From: an uncultured Nitrososphaerales archaeon | Lineage (GTDB): Archaea > Thermoproteota > Nitrososphaeria > Nitrososphaerales > Nitrososphaeraceae | Direction: 5' to 3' | NCBI GenBank assembly: GCA_963713605.1 | Contig: CAVQMO010000012.1 | Coordinates: 32,001 to 96,000, forward strand | Length of the DNA stretch: 64,000 nucleotides | Shown here: positions 32,477 through 44,425 of the stretch, in pieces | Numbering within the stretch: the stretch's first letter is position 1 | Layout: every line of letters starts with the position of its first letter | Notes under the pieces: generated by a model | Database searches by the model: none | The model's input: only the letters and a program-made list of their open reading frames with translations | What the model was told of the DNA's origin: nothing | Translations under genes and position numbers: made by a program

Positions 32477-34025
32477 TTATCTCTTAAATTCTTCTGATCA
32501 TCTACTTATTAGATCAATCTCACAAAATGTCGTATACTTTTAGATGAGTTTAGCATTCAATATTAATTCAAATCTTGGTCACCTAAGATATTATTACCAT
32601 AAACACGTCGGCAAATCTCCAGATTGTAGATTGTAGAACTTTGACCTATCTGGATTGCCCAGTTAAACCCAGTCACTACGTCTCCTAAATTCTAAATAAG
32701 TTAAGTTAGAAACGAATGAGCCCTAATATTTTGGACAACCAGCAAATGCTTTTGGTAATACTGCCTCCCTTGGGAGGCCACTAAAGATGCGTTCAATAAG
32801 AAAACAATAACCCAGAGTACAGATAAATCGTGATCAGACCGATGCGCGAATAGAGCAGTTAGTCTGTTTCTAATAATTGGGAAATGTATTTTGTGATATG
32901 GATACTTGTGTGGTATTCCTCAGGTAAACAGACATGAAACACAGCTGATAAACTCCAATTCTCACCTCTTGATGCTCCTAAATACACATTGTATGAGGAG
33001 AATACTAACACGAGACGCACTATAAGAAAGGCAGGACAATCTTCGCCAAGTGGGACATTCTATGGGCCTAACCTATAAAACTTAAAGTAAGTCACCATCC
33101 CCATCCATTTTAGTATGAACATTAAGATATACTAAACTGACAGCAAATTATTCACTAAGGCGACAGCCTTTTCTTCGTCAAACCAAAGTTATATTCACCC
33201 ATGCGTACATAGGTTCCGAATCCATAAAGGACTCACCTTCCAGCACCTTGGAACAACATAGGGCTTTCCATTTACCCATGTTTTTTCCAACTGTTTAATA
33301 TCCATGTTAACATGCTGGAAGTAAGCAGGTGTGACAACAGTTAGGGTAAGGGGAAATGTATTGCCGTACCCTGCATACAGAATCGAGGTTGCATAGGCGA
33401 TCAATCGATATTCTTTGGTGATCTCGCCGGTTAAACCCGATGAATATCTAAGTTAAGGAACACCTTTTATGTGAACGCATTAATTTTAATGTGAGTTTGT
33501 CACGAATCCGCATGGTTAGATTGGGCGATAGTCTGAAGTGGTCTTTCGCCTTACCTCCCTGTGGATACATTACATGACGACCTCATTTAAGATGCTCTAT
33601 GATTGAATTCTGTTATGAAGTAGTCTAATCAATTTAATCACGATACATCAAGAGAGAAGTCATCGGCGGACAACAAGAGATAATTCTATCAATCAACATT
33701 CTTCATAATTATTACGTACCTTCTACTTTTCGCGCAACCCTGCGCTAAAGCTCTCGATTACTGAAGTAGTAACTGATTATGCAAATAACTCATTCTAACA
33801 CTTTCTTCTGTCACTAGTTATTTATTCTTAGTTGAATTGAGACATTTATATTTCAAATCCTAGGACTAGTCATCAGATTACCATGGTGTCTCTCCTTCTC
33901 CAATTCTATTTGCTTCCAGTTGTTAGCCCGTATCAAGGAGTAGAAATATATTTTAACCAAATTTATGGGTTTGCAGAATATATAATGGTGATGACAATCG
34001 AAATGAATTATTATTATTATTTTAA

Positions 34026-35093
34026 ATGCTGGAAGTACTCGTATTGCCTCTCTTGATTCAAAAGTCTTGGGTTGTATTTGTTTATGCAATAACTATTTCC
34101 ATCGAGTCCATAGTCATTGAATATTTAACAACTCACTCGTCTATACAAATTTCTCCGATTCTACTATCAGCGATAAGTATTACCTTGGGAGGTGTAATGC
34201 TTCTAATAGTAACGATCATTGTTCTTAAGAAAAGGGACGGTGTTACTATACTTTTCATTAGATCGTGGAAAAATCTTTTATTGGCATCTCTGTTTCTATC
34301 AATCGGGATATTTACATGGTATGATTCCATTAATAGAATCGGTGCTTCAAAAGAGCTCCTAATTGCAGGACCACTAGAAATTGTGATAATAGTTCTTCTA
34401 GCAAGAGCCTTCTTGAGAGAGATATTGAAAAGTATTCAGATCATTGGTATAGTCTTGGCATTATCCGGGTTCATTTTGGCCATTATGAGTGACTCTGGCA
34501 TCAATGGGGATAAAGAAAATATAGACTGGAGTGGGCTATCAAATGCATCAACATTACCCGAGGCATTCGATATCAATTTTGGTGATTTGGAGGCCATACT
34601 TTCTGCATTTGGATTTGCATTGGGTGTTCTCTTTCTAACAAAACTAGTATCAAGACATTCATCGATAGAAGTGGCAGCTTCTTCAATGCTGATTTCTGGG
34701 TTCATCCTAATTGGGTTTATGATTGTAGGAGTAGTGTTGGATGAGGCGCAAGACGTTACAACAGGTGGCACATCCATACTAACTTACAATATCGAAAATA
34801 GCCATCAACTAATACTCATTGTGGTAATCTTGATAGCATTTTCCTTGCTACCATTTGTAGGATCACTGTCATATTCTACAGGCCTAAGTAGGATAGGAGC
34901 ATCCCTTACTGCTACCATAGGCTCTTCGAGCATCATAATTACGCTAGTTGTACAGCTCCTGTTGGTAGAGGTAGGATTTCCCAGCAATCTACCCAATAAT
35001 ATATATATCGCTGTCTTAGGAGGCATCATAGGATTTTTGGGTATATATGTCATACATATGCACGACTACTCTTTGCATTCTACCAAGTCATAA
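34026..35093 (+). CDS. EamA/DMT-family transporter
   Basis: about 10 TM helices in two repeats, 'RIGAS' occurs twice, 'AFLRE'. Confidence 0.85.
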   Translation: MLEVLVLPLLIQKSWVVFVYAITISIESIVIEYLTTHSSIQISPILLSAISITLGGVMLLIVTIIVLKKRDGVTILFIRSWKNLLLASLFLSIGIFTWYDSINRIGASKELLIAGPLEIVIIVLLARAFLREILKSIQIIGIVLALSGFILAIMSDSGINGDKENIDWSGLSNASTLPEAFDINFGDLEAILSAFGFALGVLFLTKLVSRHSSIEVAASSMLISGFILIGFMIVGVVLDEAQDVTTGGTSILTYNIENSHQLILIVVILIAFSLLPFVGSLSYSTGLSRIGASLTATIGSSSIIITLVVQLLLVEVGFPSNLPNNIYIAVLGGIIGFLGIYVIHMHDYSLHSTKS

Positions 35094-35381
35094 AAATTGT
35101 AGCTGGAAAATCTGGTACCAGTCTCCTGATTTGGAACCTGAATAATCGGAACTGATCTGTCTCTCAATCGCAGATATCGTTCATGCACCACCTCATATTA
35201 CCTGGAGCAAGATGGGTACCATTGGAGGTTTATTATGATTATAACTATGAGATTGGTTATCGATCATTACCCGCATTACTCTAGTCAATCCTAATACTAG
35301 TTAGTCCTCATCCCAGTCCTATTTTCGAATCTAGGTAATCATTCCTTACAAAGATATGGCATTTGGTAATCAAAATCAAGA

Positions 35382-36392
35382 TCATCTATACTCATCGCCG
35401 CAGTCCCCGATTATCTCAAACACATTGTTTGACTTTTTGCATACGACATCTATAGCATCAAGATCTGACCTATCCAACTTTAAGTTGAATACCTGTTCAT
35501 TACTGACTCTGTGGTCTACTATTCCAAGTCTAGTGCCGATAATAACTCCTGCTACTGATGGACTATCAAATATGTATCGTGTTGCTATATTTGCAATACT
35601 CACTTTATGTTTTTGTGCAATTGCCTTCAAATTCGACAGTAGTTCTTGAAACAAATTCCATCCACCCCATGTTTCTATCATTTGGTAGTATTTTCGCAAA
35701 CTTAATGTGTCTAATTCATCAACAGAGGGTTTCTCTCTTTCGAAATAACGTTCAGACATTAATCCGCCGCAGAGGCTTCCATATGCAAGGAGTCTGATGT
35801 CGTTCTTCTGACAGAACGGTATCATTTTTACTTCTGGTCTTCGATCAATGATTGAATATTGAATCTGGTTCGACACAATTGGTAGTTCGGCGTCCATTAT
35901 GATTTGTATTCGTTCTGTATCAAAATTTGTAAGACCTATATTTTTGATTATTCCATTATCCCTGAGATCGGCTAGGTATTTGAGGGCGTCCATGTAATAC
36001 GGATTATTATAATCCCACCAGTGAAATTGAAGCAAATCAATCGAGCTAACATTCATTCTGTTGAGAGATTTTTGGATATTTTGGATAACTGCAGAACGTG
36101 TAATTATTCCTGGACGCGGCACCCACTTTGTCAATGCCTGAATTCTGTCAAGCTCTTCTTTGCCTCTTAATTTCAGTAACCTGTGTCTGAATTCTCCTAT
36201 AAGATCTTCTGCTGGCCCATAAATATCTGCCAGATCCCAACTAGTAAACCCTGAATCATGATATCTTATCATATCTTCAACTGCCTTTTCATGATCAATA
36301 TACCCATGTCCGCCTGCAACCTGCCACATGCCATTGAGGATTCTGCATACTGTCAATTCAGGATCAAGTTTGTATGATGGTAGCTTATTCAT
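35382..36392 (-). CDS. aldo/keto reductase
   Basis: 'GMWQ', 'DLADIYG.AE', 'TKW', 'IDLLQFHWW', 'IGLTNF', 'SNQIQYS', 'LAYGSLCGG'. Confidence 0.94.
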   Translation of the reverse strand: MNKLPSYKLDPELTVCRILNGMWQVAGGHGYIDHEKAVEDMIRYHDSGFTSWDLADIYGPAEDLIGEFRHRLLKLRGKEELDRIQALTKWVPRPGIITRSAVIQNIQKSLNRMNVSSIDLLQFHWWDYNNPYYMDALKYLADLRDNGIIKNIGLTNFDTERIQIIMDAELPIVSNQIQYSIIDRRPEVKMIPFCQKNDIRLLAYGSLCGGLMSERYFEREKPSVDELDTLSLRKYYQMIETWGGWNLFQELLSNLKAIAQKHKVSIANIATRYIFDSPSVAGVIIGTRLGIVDHRVSNEQVFNLKLDRSDLDAIDVVCKKSNNVFEIIGDCGDEYR

Positions 36393-36724
36393 GCCACATT
36401 TCTATTGTTCACTATATCTAAAGGATTGGTACTAGCTCTGCAGAAGACGCCATATGGTCGGTGACGGCGGAATGTATAACAAAGGCAAACACAGATCCGT
36501 AGGTCTATTTCATTAAAACAACTACAACAGCAGCAAGGAAAGGAGATTATAGTTAACCATCGACTCATAGAGAAATCTCCCACCTGACTGAAGACTCAGT
36601 TGAGCATGGACTTAGGCGGAAATATCTTGTTTATACACGAGATCGATCGAGCGAATCATATTGTGAGGATAGGCAAAAAAAGATGCAACAAATAAGTATT
36701 CGTTCATGAACAATAACAAATAGG

Positions 36725-37534
36725 ATGGTAGATCGCAACATAACAATAAAAGGTTCCAATATAAGATACAGAGAATTTGGAGAAAGTAGTGGAACCTCTA
36801 AGCATCTTTTGTTTCTTCACGGCCTTGGTTCTTCATCGGACAGGTGGATAGATATTCCTGAAGCGTTCTCAAGACATTATCACACAGTAGCCGTGGATCT
36901 AATAGGTTTCGGCGGAAGCGACTCGCCTCGACTCGATTATACAATAAATACTTTCAGAGAATTTGTTTTGGATTTCATGAGTTCCATTCAAATTGACGAT
37001 GGTAAGACAACCATAATAGGCCACTCTCTTGGAGGATATATCGCAGCTGAAATAGCTATTGAAAATAGGAGTATGGTAGACAGGTTAGTGTTAATAGACT
37101 CATCAGGAATGCTTGATGGACCTACTCCTTTACTAGAGAAGTATCTTGATGCAGCTATCAGTGCGTCCCACGAAAAAGTAAAAAAAGTATTTGAACAATT
37201 AGTTGCTCAGTCTTGGAGGGTCATTCCTATACTGGTTGATGTTTTCATAAATAGGATCAATAGACCAGGAGCAAAACATGCCTTCGAATCAGCTTTTTTT
37301 AATAGTACCGGTACACAAATTGGCTTCCATAGGCTAAAGAAAATTCAGGATGTTCCCACTCTAGTCGTATGGGGCAAAAGCGACAATTTGATACCGCTTG
37401 AACATTCAAAATTGTTTGAACAAACTATTAAGAATTCCTTACTGCAAATAGTAGAAGATGCTGGACATTCTCCATTTGCCGAGAAACCCGCTATCGTTAG
37501 CGAAATGTTACACGAATTTTTAAATTGTGAGTGA
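36725..37534 (+). CDS. alpha/beta hydrolase (Abhydrolase_1 type)
   Basis: 'FLHGLG', 'DLIGFGGS', nucleophile 'GHSLGG', 'WGKSD', 'AGHSP'. Confidence 0.93.
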   Translation: MVDRNITIKGSNIRYREFGESSGTSKHLLFLHGLGSSSDRWIDIPEAFSRHYHTVAVDLIGFGGSDSPRLDYTINTFREFVLDFMSSIQIDDGKTTIIGHSLGGYIAAEIAIENRSMVDRLVLIDSSGMLDGPTPLLEKYLDAAISASHEKVKKVFEQLVAQSWRVIPILVDVFINRINRPGAKHAFESAFFNSTGTQIGFHRLKKIQDVPTLVVWGKSDNLIPLEHSKLFEQTIKNSLLQIVEDAGHSPFAEKPAIVSEMLHEFLNCE

Positions 37535-37596
37535 GTGATTACTATGTACCTATATAAAACGCGTGACCTGAAAAAAGGTGAAAGGACGGTATCATC

Positions 37597-38652
37597 ATGA
37601 ACAGGGATATCTTTGGAATTCATCATGTTACGGCGGTAACAAGTGATCCACAGAGGAATATTGATTTTTACACTGGAATTTTGGGACTTAGATTTGTAAA
37701 ATTAACAGTAAATCAAGATGATCCGACATCGTACCATCTTTATTATGGAGATGAGCTTGGACGGCCGGGAACTATTCTTACTTTCTTTCACTGGCCCAAT
37801 ATTCCTAAGTGACATCGGGGAACTAGCCAAGTGATCGCCACGGCCTTTCTGGTTCTGGAGAGTTCTATAGATTACTGGATGGATAGATTGAAGAAAAATC
37901 AGATAGAATTTCATGGCCCGTCTACGCGTTTTGATGACGAACAGGTATTATCTCTGCACGATCCAGATGGGCTAGAATTGGAAATTGTTGCACATAAGTC
38001 GGCAGATGATCGGAGCTCATACATTTGGAAGGAGGGTCCGATACCAACAGAACACGCCGTTCGAGGATTTTACTCTGTAACTCTGTCAGAGGAAGGATAC
38101 GAACATACTGCCTCAGTTTTGACCAATGAATTGGGGTTTGTTCCTACACGTCAGGACGGAAGTCGGTTCCGCTATGAGATTCCTACTGGCAATTCATCCT
38201 TCTCCGCCAAAAGCGACACAGAGGATGGGGGTTTGCAGGGCGGAGCTAAAATTGTTGATGTCCTTTGTCTACCGTACACACAACAGGGAGTTATAGGAAT
38301 TGGTTCAGTCCATCATGTAGCTTTTCGTACCCCTACAGACGCTCAACAACAGGTGCTTCGCCACAAACTAGTTAGAGCTAGATTGAACGCAACTCCTGTA
38401 ATTGACCGGTTCTACTTTCATTCTGTATATTTCCGTGAACCTGGTGGTGTCCTTTTCGAAATCGCCACAAATCCTCCTGGATTTACGGTAGATGAGAAGG
38501 CCGAAGAGCTTGGCACTAACTTGGTGCTTCCTCCTTGGCTAGAATCTATTCGTGGGGACCTTGAGAAAATTCTACCCGCGATAGTCCATCCAAAAAAGGG
38601 AATCAAGACTAGCGGTGACGGAGGAACTAATAGAGTTTCTGATTCACGATAG
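37597..38652 (+). CDS. ring-cleaving dioxygenase/glyoxalase, MhqE/MhqO-like (one in-frame TGA at 37810)
   Basis: 'GIHHVTAV', 'VKLTVNQDDPTSYHLYYGD', 'DPDGLELE', 'GSVHHVAFR', 'IDRFYFHSVYFREPGGVLFEIAT'; ORFs 37597 and 37831 share a frame (PK*HRGTSQV). Confidence 0.93.
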
Positions 38653-38670
38653 AATCAATAGGTGGAATAG

Positions 38671-39320
38671 ATGAAAGAAAAAGACCAACTAGGATTTAAT
38701 CATCGATTTCTTGCATCAGAGCACAACAGTCCAGATAGAATCGATGACTCTGCTATTATTGCACGGGACTGGAGGGGACGAGAATGATCCAATTCCGGTG
38801 GCTAGGATGATAGATACTGCAGGAGCTTCAATTCTAAGTCCTCGTGGCAAGGTGCTCGAGAATGGTCTGCCAAGGTTTTTTCGTAGATTATCAGAAGGAG
38901 TCTTTGATTTAAAAGATTTGAAATTTCGTACCCATGAACTAGCAGATTTTCTACAGAATGCATCAAAGCTCTACAAGTTTAATTTGGAACAGACTGTGGC
39001 AGTAGGGTACTCCAATGGCGCCAATATCGCTGCAAGCATGCTATTGCTTAGACCTGAGGTACTCGCCGGTTCTATTCTGTTTAAGAGCTATGGTTCCATT
39101 TGTACCTGAATCAGTCCCTAATTTGTCAGGCAAGTATATATTCATGTCTGCTGGTCTACACGATCCTATCATACCCAGCCCCGGAACAAAAAGTCTTTTC
39201 GATCTACTAAGGAGAACTGGATCAAATGTTTCATTAAGATGGCAAAATAGTGGACATGCACTAACCCAAAAAGATGTGAGTGAGGCCAGAGAATGGCTAT
39301 CAGCATCTTTCACTACGTGA
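38671..39320 (+). CDS. MhqD-like carboxylesterase/phospholipase (two frameshifts)
   Basis: 'LLLHGTGGDEND', 'SPRGKVLENG.PRFFRR', nucleophile 'GYSNGANIA', 'AMVP', 'GH.LT'. Confidence 0.9.
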
Positions 39321-39809
39321 ATTCTTAGGCTGAGAATTTGATTGACTGACTAAGATTTTTTGACTAAATTAAAAAGTTCTTCCGGTAAGATGAGGTTTAT
39401 CCGTTGTATTGTTTTTCAAGTCCTTCAACTAATCAGATGAGATTTATTGATCTATGCGTAGGAACAACGCGTGTTCAACATTCCCCTCACCACATAACAA
39501 TTAGTATACAGCATTAATATACCTGATTCACATCGAGGGTTTATGTAATGAAATAAAAATACGTCGTTACATCCTCCACGTCAAGAAATTCCAAGAATTA
39601 TGTCTGTTACTATTTAAAGTATAGCCAACCGAAAGTGAAAGCGAGTAAATTATATTTGAGATCTGTGGAATAGTTTCAATGAGTTCATAGTATAGTAATT
39701 CATAGTATAGTACAGTAATGTGTAGAACCATAATTGTAGATTTCCAATCCTGCCTTTTGAAATTCCATCTGAATGCTGCCCTTCATCTACGTAGTGTACA
39801 TACTGAAAT

Positions 39810-40412
39810 CTACAATGGAAGATGCCAAATCGGATCCCATCTAGATTCATCCTCCTCAAGTGGCAATTTATCGTTTGAAACAGCTCTCATCATATTCATC
39901 TCTTCGCGACTATTTCGCGCCTTTTGTCGGCCTATGATAGGAACGAATGGATAGAATTTGTCAAGTTCGTAATCATAGATCAAATGGTAAGGTTGATGTA
40001 TGCTTCCTTTTTTTCCAAATTCGAAAACAGCAGACTTTAACAGGATCATAGATCTTTTTTGCTCCAAAGTCTCGCTTACCACTGTTATGCATGCTACACT
40101 GTCTTCTATTGATCTCGCGTCAATCACTAACCAGAGGAGGTCATGGTACTTGTCAATACTAACGTCATATGACAGCTTTAAGTCAGTTTTCTTACTTGCT
40201 TCCAAGAGATTTTCAATAGATAGTTTGAGCTCATTGAAGCAAACATCAGCATCAGCCTTCTTGATACATATACAACATCTTCCGGTATATATCAAATTGA
40301 GTCCCGTTTCAAGGCTGATGTATGCTGAAGATAATGTAAATATCGCATCTGAATCAGAATTAGTTTTTCTACTATTACCAATACTATCTATGAATCTTTT
40401 GAAAAATGTCAT
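39810..40412 (-). CDS. PspA-associated protein PspAB-like
   Basis: 'DAIFTLSSAYISLE..L....TG....C', 'LIY......FYPFVP', 'R....E', 'LPLEEDESRW.PIW' resemble the PspAB family from recall. Confidence 0.7.
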   Translation of the reverse strand: MTFFKRFIDSIGNSRKTNSDSDAIFTLSSAYISLETGLNLIYTGRCCICIKKADADVCFNELKLSIENLLEASKKTDLKLSYDVSIDKYHDLLWLVIDARSIEDSVACITVVSETLEQKRSMILLKSAVFEFGKKGSIHQPYHLIYDYELDKFYPFVPIIGRQKARNSREEMNMMRAVSNDKLPLEEDESRWDPIWHLPL

Positions 40413-40954
40413 TTAGTGCCCTTCTCACATTAATTATATTAAATAATCATTAATATACTAATAATTATATGAGTAAGCATCAATTAGAGCCGGTTAATTC
40501 TTATTTGGTAGAATAGTCTTAAACCTTATTTTGTGGCTGGTACCACTGGTTGAATTAACTAGTGATATGTCCATCCCTACCATGGAAGGTGTCACTTCAT
40601 TTTTAAAATTTTAGCAGTATTTGAACAATTAAGTTGCATTTTAGAGCTAAATCTAGCTCTCACAGCACCTAAGGAATGGAATCCATACTAGGCAGAATAT
40701 GAAATATGAAGTACATTCAGCAAATAAGGAATATAATTTCAGTAGCTACTGCAATACTTCAAAAAAATAGAATATTATTTGTTATCCATACGTTCCTTTA
40801 ATACAGTATCAAATTACTAACGTTTCTCGCTGCAGTATAATTGCGATAATATGTGGTCTGTAGGAATTCGTTCACGATTAAAGCAAAAAAAGATAGTAAC
40901 GGAGGTTGACGTAATCTCCCTAGCATTATAGCATAAAATAATGCAGTCAAACCG

Positions 40955-42256
40955 TTATGATTGCTCCGTACTATTGTGTTGAAGCGAACTTACTGGCCTC
41001 TCCTCCAGTACTGCATCCAAATCCAACACATTTCCATTCCTGAATACACTTAGAACTACATGATCGCCAGGAGACTTATTCCCCTCTATATAGGAAACTA
41101 ACTGCTCAAACTCCCTTATCTTATCTCCATCAACTGCTACTATTACATCTCCCCCGTGCTTTCTGCCATATTGATCGATTGTAGTCCCGTTCAACCCGGC
41201 CTTGTCTGCAGGACCCGCCTGTACTATCGTATTTACAGATACTCCCTTCAGATTTTGGGTTATATTTGCAATACTAGCTGCCAAATCAGAAGTAAGGGTG
41301 GCTCCTGTAAATCCTAGGTACGGATGAGTATAGTTTCCTTCGGCAATCAGAGCTGGAACTATTTTTTGTACGAGGTTAGATGGTATTGCGAAATTCACAC
41401 CTCCCGGAAAGCCTCCAAAAGTAACTCCCACTACCCTACCTTGTGTGTCCAATAGCGGACCTCCGGAGTTACCAGGGTTCACAGCAGCGTCAGTTTGAAT
41501 TACGTCGGGAATCGAAAAGCCAATACCAGGGGCCGGAACTAATCTGCCTACTTGACTCACTATACCTGTTGTCATAGTTCCAGCAAGTCCATAAGGATTT
41601 CCGATAGCGATCACTGGGTCACCTACTTGTAAAGCTGACGAGTTGGCAAGTTGGAGTGCATTTACGTGTTGTCCTTGCTCCAAGGTATTATTTTCTATTT
41701 CAATAATTTTTAGAACTGCTAAGTCTACGTATGGATCTACTGCTGTGATGTTGGCCCTAGATCTGTCTCCATTTGTAAATGTCACATCTACTACTTTGGC
41801 GTTCGCAACCACATGATTATTGGTAAGAATATGTCCCTCTTGATCGAATACAAAACCAGATCCCAATGCTGTTCTATTCTCTTGCGAAGGATCTACAGCG
41901 ATACCTGTTTGGGGTACCGTTCTAGTTATTTGTACAACGGATCCTTGTGTCTGTTTGAATACATCATTAAAAACGCTGCTGTTATCCCTTGTTAAGGGCA
42001 TGACCGGTGAAGAAGCATTTGCCTGCCCTAAATCCGAATCATAATCAATATTCAACCCTTGCTGCGGATGAGGTAGTTGGGCAAAGACGATAGAATCAAT
42101 CAATTCTGGTGATAGATAAACTAATAAGAAAGCCAACGACACTGAAGTTGCAAGCACGATTGTTTTTGACTTATACCCGATAATTACCTTATCAATCTCA
42201 TCAAAAGTCATTATGCCGGTCTCTCTATTACTCTCATTATTATTGTAATTGCACAT
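40955..42256 (-). CDS. htrA: HtrA/DegP-family serine protease with PDZ domain
   Basis: TM/signal, 'GSGF', 'TNNHVV', 'DLAVLK', 'IQTDAAVNPGNSGGPL', PDZ 'GPADKAGL...GDVIVAVDG'. Confidence 0.95.
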   Translation of the reverse strand: MCNYNNNESNRETGIMTFDEIDKVIIGYKSKTIVLATSVSLAFLLVYLSPELIDSIVFAQLPHPQQGLNIDYDSDLGQANASSPVMPLTRDNSSVFNDVFKQTQGSVVQITRTVPQTGIAVDPSQENRTALGSGFVFDQEGHILTNNHVVANAKVVDVTFTNGDRSRANITAVDPYVDLAVLKIIEIENNTLEQGQHVNALQLANSSALQVGDPVIAIGNPYGLAGTMTTGIVSQVGRLVPAPGIGFSIPDVIQTDAAVNPGNSGGPLLDTQGRVVGVTFGGFPGGVNFAIPSNLVQKIVPALIAEGNYTHPYLGFTGATLTSDLAASIANITQNLKGVSVNTIVQAGPADKAGLNGTTIDQYGRKHGGDVIVAVDGDKIREFEQLVSYIEGNKSPGDHVVLSVFRNGNVLDLDAVLEERPVSSLQHNSTEQS

Positions 42257-42710
42257 TTTTTTCTTATCTCCTCAGTAAATAAAGGATTTGACTATTGTGT
42301 GTTTTGGCAGTTTTGGCAATTCTTGTCTGAACTCTGTATAAACCTCATTCTAAAGAAGCTTACAAATGTTTTGAGTACTCGAACAATCAATGAGGTAACC
42401 AAATCACCCCCCTACAGACGATCCTAGTCATGGGTAAATGATATCTTCCGTCACGGCACTATGCGACAGGATGTGTTTGGTAGATGAATAAATGTGCAAT
42501 GGCCCCAAACAGTATTCCAAACCCTGATCGTCCATTATTCCTCGATTCTGAGTGTCTGGTTTAAGCGGTATCTGGGGATTAAGATATTTTCAATTCTTAC
42601 ATTGCTCCATTTTTCCTCTAGTAATCACCTAAAAAGGGGAATTAATATATATTGCGAGAGATATACAAATGACTGGCTAACACGGGCTTAGCTATAAAGA
42701 TGAGCGAAAA

Positions 42711-43940
42711 ATGGGTCTAGACAAGAATAAGGAATTATCTAACGGTGATGATGAAATAGGTAATAACATCAAAAGTAATGTATTTCCAGGAGCACGAAAA
42801 GTAGGAAGACAAAGACGAGAAATAAGAGAAACTGAGAAGGCTTTGTCAGGGGCAGCCGAAATAAGGTTACGGACCGTGCCTGACTCATTTGAATTGTTTT
42901 CTCTATTGTCTGACAGAGGATCAGTTAATCTCTTAAAAGCAGCATATACTGGTCTTAAGACTAATTCCTCGAATTTTGTTGGGAACTTGAGTAAGAGACA
43001 GTTTTATACTAGACTGAGGCGTCTTTGTGACCTTGGCTTGATAGAAAAACGAGACGTGGGAGTAACAGGAAGAGGTAAGTCGATGTATAGAACGACTTCA
43101 TTAGGTTCTATAATTTATAATGGACACATTGAAACAATGGAACAGGCCCTCTCTAATTATTGGGAGCTGAAAGCGATAGACATCTTGAAAACGAACCCGA
43201 ATTTTCCACCTGTTCAGAAAGATGCGATTATCAATCAATTGGTGCAATCAAATAATAGCCTTAACAGGATGTTGAATTCCACATATTTGTCTAGCTTTTC
43301 TGTTATAAAGGACTTTAATCGCCTCATCATTGAGGTGATGCGTGTTCTCGATAATGCACAAAGGAATGTTTATTTCGCATCTCGATATCATGACTCCCAC
43401 GTGTCAAGCAAGTTATTTGAGACATTTTCGAAGGGAATTGGACTGCATATCATCGATAGTACTCCTGAACAAATCAGTTTGGAAAAAAGGATTAACGCAA
43501 TAGTTAGAAAAGCACCTGATCGAGACACATTTAATATGATCGATAAAATGATTCATGCCCCGTCAAATAAATTTGAGCTTCTTAGACTCTCAGACCTTCC
43601 TGTAAGCTTTATAGTAGTTGATGAGCTTCAAGTAGTGTATGAGACTGTTAATCATACGAATCCGCAGCAGTTCACAAGCGCATTAGCATGTTACGATGAC
43701 GCCTACTTAGCTCAACAATTTATCAAATACTTCAAGATCTTATCGGAGAAAGCCCAGATACCTCAGATAATTCAAACAGCCGAATCAAAAACATTGAATT
43801 CAAATAGGACGAGATCATCCGCATCAACACATTCGGGCAATAGCAGTGGCATAAAGTACCTAAAGTGTCAAACCTACAGTATCGTTTTATTTTCTAATAG
43901 TTTTTGCTTTTTGCTGATATTTGATTCAAAGGCACACTAA
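42711..43940 (+). CDS. putative transcriptional regulator (wHTH plus TrmB/PLD-like domain)
   Basis: 'LSKRQFYTRLRRLCDLGLIEK...YRTTSLG' winged helix; C-terminal 'LDNAQRNVYFAS...SFIVVDE..V' PLD-like pattern. Confidence 0.7.
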   Translation: MGLDKNKELSNGDDEIGNNIKSNVFPGARKVGRQRREIRETEKALSGAAEIRLRTVPDSFELFSLLSDRGSVNLLKAAYTGLKTNSSNFVGNLSKRQFYTRLRRLCDLGLIEKRDVGVTGRGKSMYRTTSLGSIIYNGHIETMEQALSNYWELKAIDILKTNPNFPPVQKDAIINQLVQSNNSLNRMLNSTYLSSFSVIKDFNRLIIEVMRVLDNAQRNVYFASRYHDSHVSSKLFETFSKGIGLHIIDSTPEQISLEKRINAIVRKAPDRDTFNMIDKMIHAPSNKFELLRLSDLPVSFIVVDELQVVYETVNHTNPQQFTSALACYDDAYLAQQFIKYFKILSEKAQIPQIIQTAESKTLNSNRTRSSASTHSGNSSGIKYLKCQTYSIVLFSNSFCFLLIFDSKAH

Positions 43941-44425
43941 ATCAATTCAGCATCACTTGAGTTTTCTCTGAGTCTAGTCTATTACCCTATCATATATTTG
44001 GGCTCGCAAATTTGAGACGAAATTTGATTTGAGTTATTCGAAGAGAGTATCATGATAAAACTATCACCTCTAAAATTAAAGTTGATTGTTCTGGTCAAGA
44101 ACAACTCAATCTTTAGTAGCCTTAGTAGGACTTTTACTTGCGATCATTTTCCCCGATCAGCAAATACTCGGGAATCTGCAGATAATTGATATCATTGTAA
44201 TTTGCAAGAACTATGGCATCGAAAGAACTATCTGAAGAAAATAGAGATAACTGGGGCTCTCATCAAGAAATAAGATCTATTAGAACCGAATTATGTAAGG
44301 ACAGCTATGGTTCTTGAAATATACGGAACTACCAATGTACACTTGTTACAGGAATTAAAATGTCAGTCATTAAGGCGTACAGATACAATTACAAGCACTC
44401 TTTTGCGTGATATCAGATGTAATGC

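Noticed and set aside
36389..36583. Cys-rich ORF (PCCCCSC) as a metallothionein or RiPP precursor
   Set aside because: The Cys run comes from TGC/TGT-rich sequence that reads as hydrophobic LAAVVVV in the neighbouring frame; it is probably an off-frame artefact.
39650..39859. Short ORF with a duplicated YYTMN (15-bp tandem duplication)
   Set aside because: Two copies only, overlapping the end of a real gene; no support for function.
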